Part shown: positions 35,945 to 46,700 of the stretch, in pieces | How the letters are laid out: each line of letters begins with the position of its first letter | How positions within the stretch are numbered: position 1 is the first letter of the stretch | Origin: Minisyncoccota bacterium | GTDB lineage: Bacteria; Patescibacteriota; Minisyncoccia; Phycocordibacterales; UBA2100 | Direction of reading: 5' to 3' | Length of the DNA stretch: 64,000 nucleotides | Assembly: GCA_965267345.1 (NCBI GenBank) | Contig: OZ253947.1 | Location: 138,814-202,813, forward strand | Translations under genes and position numbers: made by a program | Notes under the pieces: model-generated | What the model was told of the DNA's origin: nothing | Database searches by the model: none | Seen by the model: the letters and a program-made list of their open reading frames with translations, nothing else

Positions 35945-38116
35945 ATGCATCTCAAGCGCATAGAGCTGTCAGGATTTAAGTCATTTGCGAAAAAAGGTGC
36001 GCTTGAATTTACGTCACCCATTGCCGCTATTGTGGGGCCGAACGGCTCAGGCAAGTCAAATACTGCAGAAGCATTTCGCTTCGTACTCGGTGAGCAGTCA
36101 ATGAAGGCCATGCGCGGCAAGCGCGGTCCCGATTTAATCTGGTCGGGGAATGAGCGCACGCCACGGGCAAACCGTGCGCGGGTGACGGTGGTGTTCAACA
36201 ATACCGACCGCTTTTTAGATATTGATTTCGAAGAAGTGGCGATTGAGCGTAGCGTGTATCGTGATGGTGCCAATGAGTACACGATCAACGGAAGCAAGGT
36301 TCGCTTGAAAGATGTTGCCGCACTCCTTGCCGGCGCAAATATCGGCGGCTCAGGGCATCACATTATTTCACAAGGAGAAGCTGACCGTATTCTCGGTGCC
36401 TCGCCGCGCGAACGCCGCGACATGATCGAAGACGCACTCGGCCTTAAAACGTATCAGTACAAAAAGGTCGAAAGCGAAAAGAAGCTTGAAAAAACGATTG
36501 AAAACGTCAAAGACGCCAAGGGGCTGCGACGGGAGATTGCGCCGCACCTTGCCTTTTTGCAACGACAAATGGAAAAGCGCGAACGGGCGCAACAGCTTAC
36601 TCACGAACTTGCCGAACACTACGCTGTGTACTGCGCTACTGAGGCCGCGCGTCTTGATGCTGAGGAGCAGCGCATACGCGAAGCACGCACGCAGCCGACC
36701 GATGCACTTGCGGCCATTGAGCGTGCGCTCAAACAGCTCCAGACGCAGCACACCACAGCAACACAGGCAGAGCAGACGAAACCCCTAAAAGACATTGAGA
36801 CACGCCGCCACCAACTGATGGAGGAAACTGCGTCACTGGAACGTGCACGCGGGCGCATTGAAGGACAGATTGCGCTCGTTGAAAAGAATACGCGCGCGGC
36901 GTCAGGCGAGTCGCATGTGGCGTTTGGTACAGTACGCACGGAATTGGATCACATCAAACAGACGCTCACCCGCGTTGCAGAAACCGGCAATACCGATGAA
37001 CTCAATGCGGTTATCACCCGCATCGACGCATTTTTGCAGACACATGCTGACGATACGACTGGCGCCGCACACGACACTGAGGCACTGGCGCAGGAACTGC
37101 GCGACGAACGACACGCAATTGAAGCCTCATTGCAGAAAGTGGCTGAACAGAGTGCGACGCTCGAGAATGAGTACACGGCACTCATGCAGACGATTGAGCA
37201 GGAGCGTGCGCAAGAGCGCGAAGCGCAGAAAGAACTCTATGAGTATCGTGAACAAAAACGTGAACGTGAACGCGAACTCGAAGCACTTGACCGCGAACAC
37301 GCGCAACTCACCCAAGAGCGCAATGAGTTGGCGGCGGTACTTGAAGACGCGCGCCGCGTGTGCGATGAGAGCTCGCTCGCCGGCGCACCTGCACACGAGG
37401 CGGCAACGCGGACGCAGCAGCGTGAGCGTTTGCGCGAGATCGAACGTATTACAGTGCGCCTTGATGAGGCAGGTGTGGTTGATGAAGATACAGTGAAAGA
37501 GTTTGATGAAACACAAAAGCGTGATGCCTTTCTTGAGCGTGAAATTGCCGATCTGGAACAGTCGCGACAGCAGCTCCTCGATATCATTGCGCAACTCGAG
37601 AGTGAGATTGCGACACGATTCACTCATGGTCTCGAAAAAATTAATGGCGAATTTCAGACGTTCTTTGCGATGCTCTTTGATGGCGGCAAGGCAAAGCTGC
37701 ACATAGTCAAGAAAGAGCGTGCAACTGACGAGGAGGGTGACGATGATGCCGACGAGGGGAAAGAGGGTATTGATATTCAGGTGCAGTTGCCGCGTAAGAA
37801 AATCACCACACTTGATGTCCTTTCAGGTGGTGAGCGCGCACTAACGTCAATTGCACTGATTTTTGCGATGTCACAGGTTAATCCACCGCCATTTATCATT
37901 CTCGACGAAACAGATGCAGCGCTCGATGAGGCGAACTCGCGTAAGTACGCCGATATGGTGCGGACTCTCTCGAAGCACAGTCAGCTCATTTTAATTACGC
38001 ACAACCGCCAAACCATGGAAGCTGCCGGTGAACTCTACGGGGTCACCATGGGGAGCGACGGGATCTCAAAACTGCTCTCAGTAAAATTTGACGAAGCAGT
38101 CCAAGTGGCTAAGTAG
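35945..38116 (+). CDS. smc: SMC-family chromosome segregation ATPase (short)
   Basis: Walker A (GPNGSGKSN), long coiled coils, ABC signature (LSGGERALTSIAL) and Walker B (FIILDETDAALD). About 723 aa. Confidence 0.72.
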   Translation: MHLKRIELSGFKSFAKKGALEFTSPIAAIVGPNGSGKSNTAEAFRFVLGEQSMKAMRGKRGPDLIWSGNERTPRANRARVTVVFNNTDRFLDIDFEEVAIERSVYRDGANEYTINGSKVRLKDVAALLAGANIGGSGHHIISQGEADRILGASPRERRDMIEDALGLKTYQYKKVESEKKLEKTIENVKDAKGLRREIAPHLAFLQRQMEKRERAQQLTHELAEHYAVYCATEAARLDAEEQRIREARTQPTDALAAIERALKQLQTQHTTATQAEQTKPLKDIETRRHQLMEETASLERARGRIEGQIALVEKNTRAASGESHVAFGTVRTELDHIKQTLTRVAETGNTDELNAVITRIDAFLQTHADDTTGAAHDTEALAQELRDERHAIEASLQKVAEQSATLENEYTALMQTIEQERAQEREAQKELYEYREQKRERERELEALDREHAQLTQERNELAAVLEDARRVCDESSLAGAPAHEAATRTQQRERLREIERITVRLDEAGVVDEDTVKEFDETQKRDAFLEREIADLEQSRQQLLDIIAQLESEIATRFTHGLEKINGEFQTFFAMLFDGGKAKLHIVKKERATDEEGDDDADEGKEGIDIQVQLPRKKITTLDVLSGGERALTSIALIFAMSQVNPPPFIILDETDAALDEANSRKYADMVRTLSKHSQLILITHNRQTMEAAGELYGVTMGSDGISKLLSVKFDEAVQVAK

Positions 38117-38693
38117 TAGGCGCTTGTTTTTTCAGAAGGCGTACTTCTTTCCCTTTGAAGTCACGAAGCATATCTTCTAGCGAAGAGACCATGATCTCTC
38201 CTGCACGACCGTATACGGATATAAAGAGATTTTTCCCAACGGAGACGGCAGCGTGGTGGAAGTGCGTGTATTTCTCCTCGGGCGTAATAATTACAATCAC
38301 ATCTCCCTGATGTAAATGTTTTGGTAGAGGCAGTATTTCAAAGTGCTTGTTCAAATCATTTTGCGAATAGAAAGGTTCGCCCATCACCATACAGGCGAAA
38401 CTGAAACAATCCTTATCCAGGTGTTTCCCTTGTGCAACCATCCTCAAGTACCCACTTATTGCGTGTGCGACAAAATCAGGTATATCTAGTCGCTTTTTGC
38501 GCCAAGTTTTTTCCAAATATAACTCGATGTCATGAGCGTTCTCAAGATTTTTGAGCGATGAGAGTTCAATGACAGGGTCTTTTGCATGTCGGTGCACGCC
38601 AACTTTGTGCACGTCCATAATATAGCCGTCCTCCGTTTGTACGGATCCTTTTTCCTTGCCAATGACGAGTTTAGTTGCAGGTCTTTCTCGCAT
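38109..38693 (-). CDS. Hypothetical protein in an AT-rich islet
   Basis: 194 aa. No confident family match. Local GC is clearly below the flanks. Conserved-looking Cys and His (CFSFACMVMG .. THFHHAAV). Confidence 0.35.
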   Translation of the reverse strand: MRERPATKLVIGKEKGSVQTEDGYIMDVHKVGVHRHAKDPVIELSSLKNLENAHDIELYLEKTWRKKRLDIPDFVAHAISGYLRMVAQGKHLDKDCFSFACMVMGEPFYSQNDLNKHFEILPLPKHLHQGDVIVIITPEEKYTHFHHAAVSVGKNLFISVYGRAGEIMVSSLEDMLRDFKGKEVRLLKKQAPTT

Positions 38694-38849
38694 GTGGACA
38701 TTGTACCACTCTCGACGTTATCAGGTAGCAGTCTTTGATTTCTCTGCAAATGATGGAAATGTAAATCCTTCCACACCACTGTGGTACTACACCTTTACCC
38801 TAGCACACGACTCGTGCACGTGCCGAAGGTGCGTGGCGTGATAGGGGGA

Positions 38850-40799
38850 TTAGGACGCGGCGATCGTCCAGTCGAGTTGCCGTGCATCGGTATCAACGTT
38901 CGTGAGCGTGATTCGCACGGTGTCGCCAATACGAAATGTCTTGCCGGTTTTGGTGCCGACGACCGCGTAGTTTTTTTCATCGAGCTCGTACCAATCATTG
39001 GGCATATCGCTCAGGCGCACCATGCCTTCAGCGCGGCTCTTTTCCTCAGCAACAAAAATGCCGTTTTTGCCGACACCCGTAATGGTACCGGTGAACGTTT
39101 CACCTACGTGTCCTTCCATGTACTCAATTTGTTTGAGCTTAACGGATGCACGCTCAGCGTCGACGGCTTCAACTTCACGCTGGCTCGAGCGAATTGCCTG
39201 ATCGTGGTAGAGCGCCAACTCTTTTGGTGAAAACGATGAGCCGTTGAGGTGTGCGGCGAGCAAGCGGTGTACCATCATGTCAGGGTAGCGGCGAATTGGC
39301 GACGTGAAGTGTGTGTAGTCGCTAAAGCCGAGCGAAAAGTGTCCGATGTTCTTGTCGCTGTACACTGCTTTCGCCATCGTACGCAGTGTTGCCATTTGAA
39401 TGACCGCTTCTTCGGGTGATCCCTTAATCGCACGGAGGAGCTTTGCAATATCACGTGCCTCAATACGTGTCGGATCTTTGTCGAGTTGGTCGTACCCGAG
39501 TGCTTTCACAAAGACGTTGAGTGTTTGAATCTTTTCCGGATCAGGTGCGTCGTGTACGCGATACACACGTGGCGACGCCCCCTTGGTGTGTTCGGTCAGG
39601 TGTTTCGCGACGGTGCGGTTTGCCAGTAGCATAAACTCCTCGATGAGCTTCATGGTGTCGAGGCGCTCTTTAACGTACACGTCTATCGGGCGTCCTGCCG
39701 CGTCGAGCTCAAACTGAATTTCCTCACTGTCAAAGTCGAGTGCGCCGGCGGCGAAACGCTTAGCACGCAGAGTTTGTGCAAGCTTCCACAGCGCACCGAG
39801 TTCGTGTGCGTAGTCGCCACGACCGCTATCAATCGCATCTTGTGCGGTGCGGTAGGTGAAGCGCTTATCTGAGGAGATCAGCGTTTTGGCAAAGTGATAA
39901 TCGACAACGGTGCCATCGTCAGCGAGTGTGAAAATAACAGAAAAAGCCCGCTTTTCCTCATTCGGATTCAGACTACATAAGTCATTTGAAAGTACTTCGG
40001 GGAGCATCGGGATGGTGCGGTCAACAAGATACACCGAGGTCGCCCGCTTTTTCGCCTCCTTGTCGAGTTCTGAGTGCGGCTGCACGTAGTGGGTCGCGTC
40101 GGCAATGTGCACGCCTACTTGCAGCGTGCCGTCCTCAAGTGTTTGCACGGAAAGGGCGTCGTCAAAGTCTTTTGCATCAACGGGGTCAATGGTGAATGTC
40201 GGCGCTGTGCGGAAATCCTCCCGCGCGGCAACGTCCGACTCGGTAATGGCACGCTCGTCAAGAAGTGCCTGCGCTTCTTGTTCAACAGCAGCGGGGAAGC
40301 CGCTCTGGAATCCACGCTCGAGCAGAATGGCTTTCATTTCTACTTCGTGATCACCGGCAGGGCCAAGAACCGTAACGAGACGTGCACGTGGCGCATGTGC
40401 ATCCGATGCCCACTCGCGCATTTCGATAAGCACTTTGTGACCCGATTCAAGCGTGCGCGATGGCTCTTCGAGTACAAACGGCATGCGGACTCGCTGGTTA
40501 TCGGGCTTCACGATCCATACATCTTCAGTGCCCTTGTCGCGCGTGCGCTGATTCTTCTCAAGAGTACCGACGAACTGATGTTGCGCTCGTTCGATAATGC
40601 GCGTGACGATACCTTCAGCTCGGTGCCCATTCTTATGTGGAAGTAGCTGTACCGCAACGGTATCGCCGTGGAATGCGGTGCCGAGGTTATCACGCGAAAT
40701 TAAAATGTCTTCGCCCTGATGGGCAATAGGAAAAAAGCCCAAACCGCTGCGAATGATGGTGATTGGTCCGGTGTATGTTTTGGTATCTTTCGTTTTCAT
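38850..40799 (-). CDS. rnr: Ribonuclease R (RNB-family 3'-5' exoribonuclease with C-terminal S1 domain)
   Basis: RNB catalytic region and a C-terminal S1-like region. ATG at 40799 chosen; ORF opens at 40823. Confidence 0.88.
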   Translation of the reverse strand: MKTKDTKTYTGPITIIRSGLGFFPIAHQGEDILISRDNLGTAFHGDTVAVQLLPHKNGHRAEGIVTRIIERAQHQFVGTLEKNQRTRDKGTEDVWIVKPDNQRVRMPFVLEEPSRTLESGHKVLIEMREWASDAHAPRARLVTVLGPAGDHEVEMKAILLERGFQSGFPAAVEQEAQALLDERAITESDVAAREDFRTAPTFTIDPVDAKDFDDALSVQTLEDGTLQVGVHIADATHYVQPHSELDKEAKKRATSVYLVDRTIPMLPEVLSNDLCSLNPNEEKRAFSVIFTLADDGTVVDYHFAKTLISSDKRFTYRTAQDAIDSGRGDYAHELGALWKLAQTLRAKRFAAGALDFDSEEIQFELDAAGRPIDVYVKERLDTMKLIEEFMLLANRTVAKHLTEHTKGASPRVYRVHDAPDPEKIQTLNVFVKALGYDQLDKDPTRIEARDIAKLLRAIKGSPEEAVIQMATLRTMAKAVYSDKNIGHFSLGFSDYTHFTSPIRRYPDMMVHRLLAAHLNGSSFSPKELALYHDQAIRSSQREVEAVDAERASVKLKQIEYMEGHVGETFTGTITGVGKNGIFVAEEKSRAEGMVRLSDMPNDWYELDEKNYAVVGTKTGKTFRIGDTVRITLTNVDTDARQLDWTIAAS

Positions 40800-41082
40800 A
40801 CGTATCTTGTAGCACCTTTGCACAGAAATCGTAGGCGCAACTTATCAACAACTAGTCGCGGTGTGTGTCTGTGCTAGAATAGCGAACAGGTGTTCGTTCG
40901 CTCTCTCTAACAGGAGGGCGCGGCCGCACGCCTCAATTTTGGAGGGGTGCGGTATTTTTTACCTGACCGGTAGATTAGAACGCACAAACCGATCAGTGTC
41001 AATCACGCCGAGAATGACGGAGCAGCAGAAAAGGCAGAAACTATAGACATTGGATATTATTTTGCTATAGTTGCGCGCACAT

Positions 41083-41574
41083 ATGTTGAAAATTCGATTA
41101 CAACGAGCCGGACGACGCAACGACCCAACATTTCGTGTTGTGGTGACCGAGCACACACACGGCCCAAAGAGCCAGAAACACGCAGACCGTGTTGGTTTCT
41201 ACAACCCAAAAACAAAAGAGAAAGAGCTTGATGCAGAGCGCATCACCTACTGGATTAACAATGGTGCACAGCCGAGCCCGACGGTACACAACATGCTCGT
41301 GAAGGCAGGTATCATCAAAGGTGAGACAATTAACGTATTGCCACAGAAGTCGCCGGTGGTGAGCGAGGAAGAGCAGCAGGAAGCTGAGGAGGTTGCAGCC
41401 GCAGAAAGCGAGGCCGCACCTGCAGCAGAGGGCAGCGATACGAGCGAGGAGCCGGCAGCGGAACAAACGGAAGAGGAGCAACCGGCAGCTGAAGAAACCC
41501 CCAAGGCAACAGAAGAGGAACCAGCAGAAGCTCCAGCCGAAGAAGCGGCTGAAGAGGAGAAGAAAGAGGGTTAA
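41083..41574 (+). CDS. rpsP: Ribosomal protein S16 with Glu/Ala-rich C-terminal extension
   Basis: MLKIRLQRAGRRNDPTFRVVV..; C-terminal 70 aa of E/A/P-rich low complexity. Confidence 0.9.
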   Translation: MLKIRLQRAGRRNDPTFRVVVTEHTHGPKSQKHADRVGFYNPKTKEKELDAERITYWINNGAQPSPTVHNMLVKAGIIKGETINVLPQKSPVVSEEEQQEAEEVAAAESEAAPAAEGSDTSEEPAAEQTEEEQPAAEETPKATEEEPAEAPAEEAAEEEKKEG

Positions 41575-41663
41575 GACGCGTTGACGCGCGTAAGCCCAGC
41601 GTGCGATAATGAGCACGCTGTCACGCTGATGCGTGACGTTACTAAGTAACTGACAGAGTTTTC

Positions 41664-42083
41664 ATGGAACAAGATCAGGAATTTCTGGAATTCGTTGTGA
41701 AGGCGTTGGTAGACAACCCGAACGACGTGAAGATTAACCGTACGGTAGATGAGATGGGCGTTCTGCTCACCCTCGATGTGAATAAAGACGATATGGGTAA
41801 GGTTATTGGTCGCGCAGGTAACACTGCTAAGGCCATTCGTACCCTGTTGCGCGTTGTTGGCATGAAGCACGACGCACGTGTCAATCTCAAAATTAACGAG
41901 CCGGAAGGCGGTATGCCAACAGCAGCAGCTGCCGGCGCTGCAGCTATGGAAGCCGCACCAATGGCAGCCGAGGCTGCAACTCCTGAGCCAGCTGAGCAAC
42001 CACAGGAGGAAGAAATGAGCGACGAAGAGCGCAGTGCAGCATCAAAATCAGTTGACGAGGCAATGAAAGACCTTGGGCTTTAG
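41664..42083 (+). CDS. KH-domain RNA-binding protein (YlqC/UPF0109-like) with Ala/Glu-rich tail
   Basis: LLTLDVNKDDMGKVIGRAGNTAKAIRTLL (KH GxxG loop). Conserved position between rpsP and trmD. Confidence 0.75.
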   Translation: MEQDQEFLEFVVKALVDNPNDVKINRTVDEMGVLLTLDVNKDDMGKVIGRAGNTAKAIRTLLRVVGMKHDARVNLKINEPEGGMPTAAAAGAAAMEAAPMAAEAATPEPAEQPQEEEMSDEERSAASKSVDEAMKDLGL

Positions 42084-42189
42084 AAAGCGCAAAGCTTCTG
42101 GCTCTCAGCTGAAAGCTAGCAAAACACCGCTCGGACGAGCGGTGTTTTGCATTGCCCGCACAGAGGAAGCGCGGTAGAGTACAGACGCC

Positions 42190-42834
42190 ATGATTCACTT
42201 TCATATCATTACACTCTTTCCCGAGTCAATCGAGTGCTATTTCAACGCCTCCATGCTCAAGCGCGCTCAGGCGGACAAAAAAATACGCGTGTCATTCTAC
42301 AATCCACGTGACTACACGACTGACAAACATCGCCGCGTTGATTACCGACCGTACGGCGGCGGCCCGGGGATGGTGCTGGAAGCCGAGAGCGTCTTGCGAG
42401 CTGCTGAAGCAGCAATTGGCCGTAAAAAGGATGTGGAGGTGATCTTTTTCTCGCCAAGCGCCAAGCAGTTTGAACAAAAAGACGCAGTGCGCATTGCAAA
42501 AAAAGCAAAGCACGTTGTCTTTCTCTGCGGGCACTACGAAGGCATTGATGCTCGTGCTGTTAAGATTTTAAAGGCGAAGCCACTTTCAATTGGTCCGTAT
42601 GTGCTCACTGGTGGGGAGTTGCCGGCGGCACTTGTTGCCGATGCGGTTGCGCGTAATGTTGAAGGAGTGCTTGGTAACGCCGAGTCACTTGAAGACTCAC
42701 GTGTTGCTAGCCCAGAAGTGTACACGCGCCCCGAGGTATTTGAATGGAAGAAAAAGAAGTACCGTGTGCCAAAGGTGCTCGTCTCCGGACATCACAAAAA
42801 AATAGAAGAGTGGAAAGCAAAAAAGAAAAAGTAG
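42190..42834 (+). CDS. trmD: tRNA (guanine37-N1)-methyltransferase
   Basis: MIHFHIITLFPE .. YGGGPGMVL is the SPOUT/TrmD signature. Confidence 0.92.
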   Translation: MIHFHIITLFPESIECYFNASMLKRAQADKKIRVSFYNPRDYTTDKHRRVDYRPYGGGPGMVLEAESVLRAAEAAIGRKKDVEVIFFSPSAKQFEQKDAVRIAKKAKHVVFLCGHYEGIDARAVKILKAKPLSIGPYVLTGGELPAALVADAVARNVEGVLGNAESLEDSRVASPEVYTRPEVFEWKKKKYRVPKVLVSGHHKKIEEWKAKKKK

Positions 42835-43085
42835 CCCGCTACCCAACAGTACTACGCAATAAGTTATAGCTCTCCTTCTATAGGAACTGACGCTCTTACC
42901 ACCCCATGCACCAGATCCCGCACGAGGACCGCCCTCACGCAAACAAGGTCGGTCCTTGTTGCAACGGAAAACCGGCGGGGTTGGGGAACCCGCCGGCATT
43001 GGTGGTGTTTAGCTTGGCCCTACAAATACTTTTGCGAAAATCAAAAGGCAATTTAGGTGAGTACAATGTGTGATAATGTAGTCGT

Positions 43086-43547
43086 ATGACAGAAGGAAAA
43101 GATTCAGACTATGAGAAGTTTCTTAGGGCAGCAGGTACTGACTTAGACGAAACCACAATAATTCTACGTTCACATCTTTTGGCGGAGTACTATCTTGACC
43201 ACTTTTTGCTTGAAAGTTTAGCGCGTGGTGATTTGATAACTGATAGCAGAATCACATTCTCCACTAAACTCCAAGTGGTAGAGGCTCTAGATATTCTCCC
43301 CCGAGCTTTTGTTGATTCGGTCAGAAATTTAAATGTAGTGCGCAACAGGTGTGCTCACAGTCTAGATTACAAAGTAACCGAATCTGACATAGATAAAATT
43401 GGACGACCTTTTGGAAAAGACTATCGAGAGATGAAAAGGGAGCACGAGCACAATAACAAAGAACTTTTGCATTGGACCATGGGAATGATCTTCGCAAAAA
43501 CAAGCGGGAGGTTGAGAGGTATCACTAGTGCCGCGAGTGAAGAATAA
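43086..43547 (+). CDS. HEPN-like protein (RNxxAH motif; Abi/DUF4145-like) in an AT-rich islet
   Basis: 153 aa, all-alpha composition. VVRNRCAHS matches the Rx4-6H HEPN signature as found in AbiD/AbiF and DUF4145 families. The local AT-rich stretch contrasts with the flanking GC content. Confidence 0.5.
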   Translation: MTEGKDSDYEKFLRAAGTDLDETTIILRSHLLAEYYLDHFLLESLARGDLITDSRITFSTKLQVVEALDILPRAFVDSVRNLNVVRNRCAHSLDYKVTESDIDKIGRPFGKDYREMKREHEHNNKELLHWTMGMIFAKTSGRLRGITSAASEE

Positions 43548-43590
43548 AACTGCCTTGGCAGATTTAATCTCGGGAGACGTTTGACACCCT

Positions 43591-43619
43591 TGCGCCTATA
43601 GGCTAGAATACCGCCATCT
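43591..43619 (+). promoter_or_regulatory. Sigma70-type promoter upstream of rpoB (leader of about 140 nt)
   Basis: TTGACA, a 17 nt spacer, then TAGAAT. Confidence 0.5.
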
Positions 43620-43766
43620 TTTTGACGATTGTGTCACGGGTGCAATAAAAAGAGTTTTAATACAAGTGTGTTGTGCGGCTAACCAATGTGCCGCGTAACT
43701 CTTTTACTAGGTGTGTGTAATTAGAAAACGAGAACGCTCGGTGGAGCGATTCTTGTGCTGTGTGTT

Positions 43767-46700
43767 ATGAGCAAAACCACGCTTCCTAAGAAGTACTTCG
43801 GTCAGTTTACCGAAAACATGACCGAGACGCCAAACCTTGTGCGTGAACAACTCGATTCGTACGAGTGGCTCATCGAAGAAGGAGTCAAATCTGTCTTCGA
43901 CGAGTTCTCGCCGATTGCCGACTACTCCGGCAAAAAGTTCGACCTGAGCATTTCCAAGTTCAGTTTCGGCAAGCCTGAGTACGACGAGCACTACGCAAAA
44001 CTCAAGCGACTTACCTACAAAATCCCGCTGCGCATTGATGCGAAGCTGGTGAATAAGACAACAGGAGAAACCAAGAGCCAAGAAATCTTCATGGCCGACT
44101 TCCCGTACATGACCGATCACGGTACGTTCATCATCAACGGTGTTGAGCGTGTGATCGTGCCGCAGCTTGCGCGTTCCTACGGCGTATTCTTCCTGAAGAA
44201 TCTGCTTAAGGGTGCCGAGTACTTCGGTGCGAAAATTATCCCCGCACGTGGCGCATGGGTGGAGATCGAAAGCGAACCGGATGGTGCCATTTACGTCAAG
44301 ATTGACCGCAAGCGCAAATTCTCCGTTACCATTTTGCTCAAAGTCTTCGGACTCGAAACACCTGAGAAAATGCAGAAAGCATTTAAGGGCGTGAAAGGCG
44401 CTGAGGATGTTCTGAAGGCATCACTCGACCACGATGCAACCGAAACACTCGACGACGCTTACATCGAAATCTACAAGCGCCTTCGCGACGGCGACTTGGC
44501 GACACCGGAAAATGCTCGCGAGTTTGTCAACAGCATCTTCAGCGAAGATCGCTACGACCTGTCACGCGTTGGTCGCTACCAGTTCAACCACCGCTTCGGC
44601 CTTGAAACAAAGGAGAAAGCACTCGGCGACCAGATTCTCTCACAGGACGACATAGTACGCATCGTCAGCAACATTATTGAGCTCAACAACACACCACACG
44701 CACAAGAGGACGACATCGACCACCTTGGCTTTCGTCGCGTGCGCTACGTTGGTGAAATGATGCAGCACCAAGTACGCATTGGTATGAGCCGCATGAAGCG
44801 CAACATCCAAGACCGCATGTCTACCGTTGATGTTGAGACGAGTTTGCCGATTCAGTTCATCAACCCACGTCCGTTCCAAGCGGCGATTATGGAGTTCTTC
44901 TCAACGAACCAATTGTCGCAGTTTATGGATCAGAACAACATCCTCGGTGAGCTGGAGCACTTGCGTACACTCTCGGCACTCGGTCCCGGAGGACTCACAC
45001 GTGAGCGTGCGGGCTTTGACGTTCGCGACGTGCACACCAGTCACTACGGACGCCTCTGCCCAATTCAGACACCGGAAGGTCAGAACATCGGTCTGATTCT
45101 TCGCTTGGCCGTCCACGCGCGCCTCAACGACTTTGGTATTATCGAAACACCATACGCGCGGGTCAAAAACGGCAAGGTGACAGACGAAATTGTCTACCTC
45201 AACGCACTTGAAGAAGAAGAGCACCTTATCGTGCACGCAGCAACAAAGCGCGACAAGAGCGGTAAGATTCTTGCCGACCTTGTTGAAGCGCGCCGCCACG
45301 GTGAGCCGGAATTCGTCTCACCAAATGACGTTGCCTTCATTGAAGTGGCAACGAACCAAGCTTTCTCGGTGGCAACAACCATGATTCCATTCCTTGAGCA
45401 CGACGACGCAAACCGTGCGCTCATGGGTTCGAACATGCAGAAGCAGGCAACACCATGCGTGGTGCCCGAGGTGCCGTTCGTCGCCACCGGTATTGAAGAG
45501 AATGCTGCGCGCGACTCAGGGCGCCTCATTATTGCCGACGAAGCGGGTACCATCACCTACGCAGATTCACGCAAGATTGTCCTGAAAGACACCAAAGGTA
45601 AAGAGCATGAGTACTCACTCGTAAACTTCTCGCGCACCAACAACATGTCGGTACTGCACCAGCGTGTGTCGGTGGCGGTCGGCGACAAGGTCAAGCGCGG
45701 CGACGTCTTGGCCGACAACTCATCGAGTGTTGACGGACAAATTGCCATCGGGCAAAACGTGCGTGTCGCATTTATGTCATGGGCCGGCGCAAACTACGAG
45801 GACGCGATTGTCATCTCAGAGCGTCTGGTGAAGCAGAGTAAATTCACGACGATTCACGTAGAAGAGTTCGTTGCGTACGTACGCGACACCAAGCTCGGCC
45901 CTGAAGTGACCACACACGACATTCCAAACGTAAGCGAGATGAAGCTTCGCAACCTCGACGAAGAGGGCGTGGTACGCATCGGTGCGGAGGTACGCCCCGG
46001 TGATATTCTGGTTGGTAAAGTCACCCCAAAGGGTGAGACACAGCTGACACCGGAAGAGCGCCTGCTACGTTCTATCTTCGGTGAAAAGGCAAAAGACGTG
46101 AAAGACACGTCACTGCGCATGGAAGCAGGGAAGCGCGGCCGCATTGTTGGCGTGCGTGTATTCTCACGCGAAAATGGCGACCAGCTCGAGAGCGGCATCA
46201 TCAAGCGTATTCACATTGAAGTTGCACAGCTCCGTAACGTGTCAGTCGGTGACAAGCTCGCCGGTCGTCACGGTAACAAGGGTGTGATCTCTCGTGTCCT
46301 TCCTGAGGAAGACATGCCGTACACGAAAGACGGTGAGCCAATTGACATCATTCTGACACCGCTGGGCGTGCCAAGTCGTATGAACTTGGGACAGATTCTT
46401 GAAATGCACCTCGGGCTCGCTGCCGGTGAGCTCGGCTATCAGGCTATCGTGCCGCCATTCTCAGGCACCACAGAAGACGAAATCGTTGCCGAACTCAAGG
46501 CGGCGGGATTCCCTGAGAGCGGAAAAATGACACTCAAAGACGGTCGCACGGGCGAAGCATTCGATCAGGACATTGCGGTCGGCAATATGTACATCTTGAA
46601 GCTGCACCACATGGTGGAAGACAAAATCCACATGCGCTCGGTTGGACCATACTCAATCACGACGCAGCAGCCACTCGGTGGTAAGGCCCAGAACGGTGGT

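Noticed and set aside
42697-42999. ORF 42697..42999 (-) spanning the trmD 3' end and the GC-rich spacer.
   Set aside because: It overlaps trmD on the opposite strand, has no start context, and is low-complexity. It is probably spurious.
42835-43085. Considered that the GC-rich structured spacer after trmD is SRP (4.5S) RNA.
   Set aside because: I could not find the conserved helix-8 elements, namely the GNRA tetraloop context and the AGCAGC-like symmetric loop, on either strand. It is left as an unassigned structured element.
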